The position numbers and the translations under genes were made by a program. Source: an uncultured delta proteobacterium (GTDB lineage: Bacteria > Desulfobacterota > Syntrophorhabdia > Syntrophorhabdales > WCHB1-27). Taken from it: DNA of 64,000 bases. Location: NCBI GenBank assembly GCA_963810935.1, contig CAWEPK010000008.1, positions 704,001-768,000 on the forward strand, written 5' to 3'. Every line of letters starts with the position of its first letter. The stretch's first letter is position 1. The notes beneath the pieces are model-generated. The model saw only the letters and a program-made list of their open reading frames with translations. It searched no databases and had not been told where the DNA came from. Of the stretch, positions 59,993-64,000 are shown in pieces.

Positions 59993-60822
59993 GCCAGGTC
60001 GTCCATCCGCTCCACAAGTTCTTCCGGCCTTCCGTCAACTCTACTACGAATTGCGCAGGCTGCGGCAACGGCATCGTAACCCAGGGCATCCTGCGCGCCA
60101 TTGTGGAAATGGGCATGGGCCTGGACGATTTCGTCTTCGTCTCGGGGATAGGCTGCGCTGCCTGGATACCAAGCCCGCTCTTCAACGCAGACGTTTTCCA
60201 CTCTATCCACGGTCGGCCCATCCCATTCGCCCTCGGTATCAAGGTGGCCCTGCCGGGGAAGAAGGTGATCGTCATAAGCGGCGACGGCGACCTCGCGGCC
60301 ATCGGGGGAAACCACCTCATCCACAGTGCGCGGCGGAACGTGGACATGACCGTCATCTGCGTCAACAACAAGATTTACGGCATGACGGGCGGCCAGGCCG
60401 GCCCCACGACGCCGGCAGGTATACGCACTACCACGACGCCCTTCGGCAGCTTCGAGAACCCTTTCGACATCTCACGCCTGGTCATCGCAGCGGGCGCTTC
60501 GTTCGTGGCCTGCTGGACAACCGCTCACTCGAGGCAGTTGACGCAGTCGATCGTGAAGGCGATCGATAAGAAAGGCTTCGCCTTCATCGAGGTCCACTCT
60601 CAGTGCCCCGTGCAGTTCGGCCGCAAGTCGGGCATGAGCGGCTCCGTCCAGATGATGGACGATTACCGCAAAAGGTCGATAAGGGTCGAGAAGGCGTCGG
60701 GGCTGTCGGATGAGGAGCGCGCGGACAGGATCGTCGTCGGGGAGCTTGTCGATATAGAGAAGCCGGAGATGATCGAAGAGATAGAGCGGATGAAGACGAG
60801 GGCAGCAGGGAGGCAGCAATGA
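59989..60822 (+). CDS. 2-oxoacid:ferredoxin oxidoreductase beta subunit (KorB-like)
   Basis: CAGCG, SGIGC, HGR, GDGD...IGGNH, NN.IYGMTGGQ. Confidence 0.93.
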   Translation: MSQVVHPLHKFFRPSVNSTTNCAGCGNGIVTQGILRAIVEMGMGLDDFVFVSGIGCAAWIPSPLFNADVFHSIHGRPIPFALGIKVALPGKKVIVISGDGDLAAIGGNHLIHSARRNVDMTVICVNNKIYGMTGGQAGPTTPAGIRTTTTPFGSFENPFDISRLVIAAGASFVACWTTAHSRQLTQSIVKAIDKKGFAFIEVHSQCPVQFGRKSGMSGSVQMMDDYRKRSIRVEKASGLSDEERADRIVVGELVDIEKPEMIEEIERMKTRAAGRQQ

Positions 60823-61352
60823 GTCGCACGGAAATCCTCGTCGGAGGCATAGGGGGCCAGGGAGTGGTCCTGTCGGGCATCCTTCTGGGGACGGCCGCCA
60901 CGCTTTTCGAAGGCAAGAAAGCGGTCCAGACCCAGTCATACAGCTCGGAGCTGCGGGGCGGCGCCGCGCGGGCCGAGGTCGTCATCTGCGACGGGCCCGT
61001 CTCCGACCCGCAGGTCAGACGGCCGGACATTTTCATCGCGCTGGCCGAAGAGGCCGTTCCCCGTTACATCGGCATTGTAAAACCCGGAGGGACGGTCTTG
61101 ATCGACTCGGACATGGTTAAAAACACGGTATCGGGGGACTACACGATTGTGGAAGTGCCGGCGACGAGCATAGCCGCAACGGAAATGGGCAACACGATAG
61201 TAGCCAACCTCATCGTGCTGGGAGTGCTGGTCAAAAAGACCGGGGTAGTATCGGCGGAATCGATGGAAAAGGCGATAGAGATGAGCGTACCGAAGAAGGC
61301 CGTCAGCCTGAACCTGACCGCCTTCAGGAGAGGGCTCGCGATTAGTGCCTGA
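60819..61352 (+). CDS. 2-oxoacid:ferredoxin oxidoreductase gamma subunit (KorC-like)
   Basis: GIGGQG, QSY..ELRGG, N.IVLG. Confidence 0.92.
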   Translation: MSRTEILVGGIGGQGVVLSGILLGTAATLFEGKKAVQTQSYSSELRGGAARAEVVICDGPVSDPQVRRPDIFIALAEEAVPRYIGIVKPGGTVLIDSDMVKNTVSGDYTIVEVPATSIAATEMGNTIVANLIVLGVLVKKTGVVSAESMEKAIEMSVPKKAVSLNLTAFRRGLAISA

Positions 61353-61380
61353 TCTAAGAGATCGGGCAGCGGAGGTACGT

Positions 61381-62598
61381 ATGCCGTCTAAAAAACTGAA
61401 GTACGTTGCTAACGCCTGTCTCATTGTGGGGTTCGCCGTACCTTTCCTCGTCTCACACTTTATCGGGATGCGGCTCGGCAAGATGCCCTTGGTAAGCACG
61501 GCCAATATTGTGCTGTGGGCAGCCGGGCTCGTTTTGGCTTATTTCGTCTTCATAACCGAGAAAAAACCTGCACCCACGCTCTCACGCACGATGAGAATCG
61601 GCAATTTCATCTCCGCTTACGCCTCGACCTGCCTGACGCTCGGCATTCTTTTCGGATACCTCTTCTACCCTACCGTAGAGAAGAGCATCGTGCCGCCCGC
61701 CGGTCCATATCTCCTGATGACGATAATGTTCACCATGGGGCTCGCCATCACCTTCCAGGACTGGAAGCGCATAGCCGCGAGACCCAAGATCGTTAGTATC
61801 GCCGTAGTGATGAGATGGATCATCATGCCGGCAGTCGCCTTTATCCTTTCCCTGGCCATGGTAAAGGTTTTTCCCGGAATCACGGGAAAGTCCCTTGCGG
61901 TCGGTATAATCGTGATAGGCACGACCCCAACTGGAGGCGGATCGAACGCGCTCACGATGATAAGTAAAGGCGACCTCGCCCTCTCGGTCTCGGTCACGTC
62001 GCTCAACACGGTGCTCGCGCCTTTCCTGCAGCCGGTCATGATACTCTGGCTCGCCGGCGGCCTCGCTACCCTCAACGCGAATGCACTTTTTCATGACCTC
62101 ATTTATCTCGTGGTCATACCGGTTTTGGCGGGTACAATCCTGGGATCGATCTTTCGCAGGCCGGTAAGCAGGATCAAGCCCATATTCGCCCCGCTCGCCG
62201 TCGTCTGCCTCTCCTTCATAGTGATGGGCACCATGTCGAAGGGAACGAGCACCCTGATAAAACAGTTCTCCGTGCTCCTCTATCTGGTGGCAGCGTGCCT
62301 CATCCTGGCGCTGGTGGGCCTTCTCCTGGGCTTTTTCGTGCCCAAGATGTTCAAATTTAACTATGCCCAGCGCAAAGCCGTCTGCTTCGAGGTGGGCGTG
62401 CAGAACGCTGCGCTTGCCATGCTGGTCGCGCTGCGCCATTTCGACCCGCTCACGGCTCTGCCTTCCATTGTTTATGGTAAAATACAATACATAGTCACGT
62501 CCGCGATCTTTGTTCCCAAGCTGCAAAAGCTGGAGGACGAACCGATCGCGGAAGGCGCCGCAACGCAAAAGGTGGTCGTCGAGCCGGCGGCCCGATAG
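61381..62598 (+). CDS. Bile acid:sodium symporter (BASS) family transporter with N-terminal extra TMs
   Basis: MFTMGL, P.GG.SN, GDLALSV, EVGVQNA. Confidence 0.88.
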   Translation: MPSKKLKYVANACLIVGFAVPFLVSHFIGMRLGKMPLVSTANIVLWAAGLVLAYFVFITEKKPAPTLSRTMRIGNFISAYASTCLTLGILFGYLFYPTVEKSIVPPAGPYLLMTIMFTMGLAITFQDWKRIAARPKIVSIAVVMRWIIMPAVAFILSLAMVKVFPGITGKSLAVGIIVIGTTPTGGGSNALTMISKGDLALSVSVTSLNTVLAPFLQPVMILWLAGGLATLNANALFHDLIYLVVIPVLAGTILGSIFRRPVSRIKPIFAPLAVVCLSFIVMGTMSKGTSTLIKQFSVLLYLVAACLILALVGLLLGFFVPKMFKFNYAQRKAVCFEVGVQNAALAMLVALRHFDPLTALPSIVYGKIQYIVTSAIFVPKLQKLEDEPIAEGAATQKVVVEPAAR

Positions 62599-62640
62599 GA
62601 GGGCAGAAACGGGACAGACGGGTGCATGGGGAGTGAGTCG

Positions 62641-63705
62641 ATGCGGCGGATAGGCTTCACGGAGCTTAAAGACTTCTGCGCCGCTGCCTACGTAAAGGCA
62701 GGCGTGCCCGTAGACGAAGCGGAGATAGTAGCCGACCTGCTCGTCAGGTCGGATTTGCGCGGCGTCGAGACCCACGGCGTCACGCGCCTGCCCATTTACA
62801 TACTGAGATTACAAAAAGGATACGTCAGGAAAGAGTGCAAGCTGACGGCGATAAGGGACAAAGGCCCGACAGCCTTTCTCCAAGCGCATGGATCAATGGG
62901 CCACATCGCTGCTTACAGGGGTATGGAAAAAGCCATAGCCAAGGCGGAGGAATTCGGCATAGGGTGGGTTTCGGTGAAAGACAGCGGCCACTTCGGCGTG
63001 GCCGGTCTTTTCCCCATGATGGCGCTGCCTAAAGACTTTATCGGGTACCTGGTCTCCAACTCCGCCCCGATGATGTTCCCCTTCGGAGGCCGCGAGCGCA
63101 TCGTAGGGAACAACCCGCTGGCCTACGCCGTCCCCGCAGGTCGCCGCCCTCCGGTCGTCCTCGATTTCTCCCTTGGCGTCGTGGCTTCCGGCAAGCTGGT
63201 CCTGGCCAGGAAGAAGGGTGAAAAGATACCCTTCGGGTGGGCCGTTGACAAAGAGGGTAGGCCCACGGAAGACCCGTATGAGGGATATGAGGGCGGGGGC
63301 GCCCTCCTTCCCGTAGGCGCACACAAGGGCTACGGGATGGCCCTTGTCCACGAGATACTTACTGCGGTGCTTACCGGCGGCAAGCAGACAAGCCGGATAA
63401 AAAGCATTTATGAAGAAGACCCGACAGGCGTACAGGGCACGTGCCATTCCTTTATGGCAATCGACCCTGACTGTTTTATCGGCAAAGAACGTTTTAAAGC
63501 GGATATGGACAGCTACATCGAACGCATCAAAGAAAGCGCAAAAGCGAAGGACATCGAAGAGATCCTCATGCCGGGGGAGCCGGAGATGAGGACCGAGGAG
63601 GAAAGGCTAAAGAAGGGCATCCCGGTGGCGGAGGCCACGCTGAGCGAGCTTAAGGCGCTCGGCGCGTCGCTGGGCATCCCGTTCCCGCCGGTCTCATCGC
63701 CTTAG
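62641..63705 (+). CDS. Ldh_2 family (ComC/AllD/YiaK-like) oxidoreductase
   Basis: DLRGVETHG, HFG, GNNPL, HKGYG, PGE. Confidence 0.92.
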   Translation: MRRIGFTELKDFCAAAYVKAGVPVDEAEIVADLLVRSDLRGVETHGVTRLPIYILRLQKGYVRKECKLTAIRDKGPTAFLQAHGSMGHIAAYRGMEKAIAKAEEFGIGWVSVKDSGHFGVAGLFPMMALPKDFIGYLVSNSAPMMFPFGGRERIVGNNPLAYAVPAGRRPPVVLDFSLGVVASGKLVLARKKGEKIPFGWAVDKEGRPTEDPYEGYEGGGALLPVGAHKGYGMALVHEILTAVLTGGKQTSRIKSIYEEDPTGVQGTCHSFMAIDPDCFIGKERFKADMDSYIERIKESAKAKDIEEILMPGEPEMRTEEERLKKGIPVAEATLSELKALGASLGIPFPPVSSP

Positions 63706-63780
63706 AACGATGCGGCAGGCGGATGACATCGAGCTGTAAAGGGGGAGTTTAGAAACGGTGCGCTATCAACAAAGGAGGGC

Positions 63781-64000
63781 ATGATGATTTCCCTGAAGGT
63801 TAACGGTAAGGTTTACCAGGTCGATGTCCCGCCTGACACGCCTCTTCTATGGGTGCTGAGGGACAATCTGAAGCTTATGGGCACGAAGTACGGCTGCGGC
63901 ATAGGCGAATGCGGCTCGTGTACCGTCCACGTGGACGGCAAGGCGGTCCGCTCCTGCACTGTTTCGGCCGGCGACATGGGACGCAAGTCGATCACGACGA
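63781..64000 (+). CDS. (2Fe-2S) small subunit of a xanthine dehydrogenase-family molybdoenzyme (runs off window)
   Basis: [43 protein letters not shown]. Confidence 0.9.
   Translation, partial: MMISLKVNGKVYQVDVPPDTPLLWVLRDNLKLMGTKYGCGIGECGSCTVHVDGKAVRSCTVSAGDMGRKSITT

Overview
GC-rich bacterial chromosome segment; gene content (PutA, Kor-type 2-oxoacid:ferredoxin oxidoreductase, PAS/HD-GYP/PilZ signalling) suggests an anaerobic Desulfobacterota/deltaproteobacterium (inference only). Metabolic genes (putA, gdhA, acyl-CoA ligase, pncB, serA, opgD, a GntR-cupin-KorDABC-BASS-Ldh2 operon) are mixed with accessory DNA. No tRNA, rRNA or CRISPR-cas was seen. The strongest non-gene signals are as follows. 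(1) A decayed Rhs toxin-immunity locus in which a RAYT-like HUH transposase with perfect 27-bp inverted repeats sits between two toxin-tip/immunity cassettes, with further GGGGAC/GGGGTC motifs at the cassette ends. (2) A dispersed ~75-140 bp multi-hairpin repeat family (about 9 copies). One copy is split by an IS110/IS621-like element whose bridge-RNA guides and circle-junction promoter can be read from the sequence. Another is interrupted at its TAAT terminus by an IS200 whose end hairpins share the repeat's GCTTTGC apex. A further pair forms a perfect 140-bp tandem array with the pncB 3' end. (3) A ~275-bp diverged non-coding duplication flanking an HD-GYP gene, a degenerate c-di-GMP-I riboswitch, a PtxD-like protein lacking its NAD-binding domain, and a HEPN/Zn-ribbon gene with an in-frame amber codon. 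Three frameshifts may be assembly artefacts. All protein calls rest on motif recognition by eye; no database search was run.
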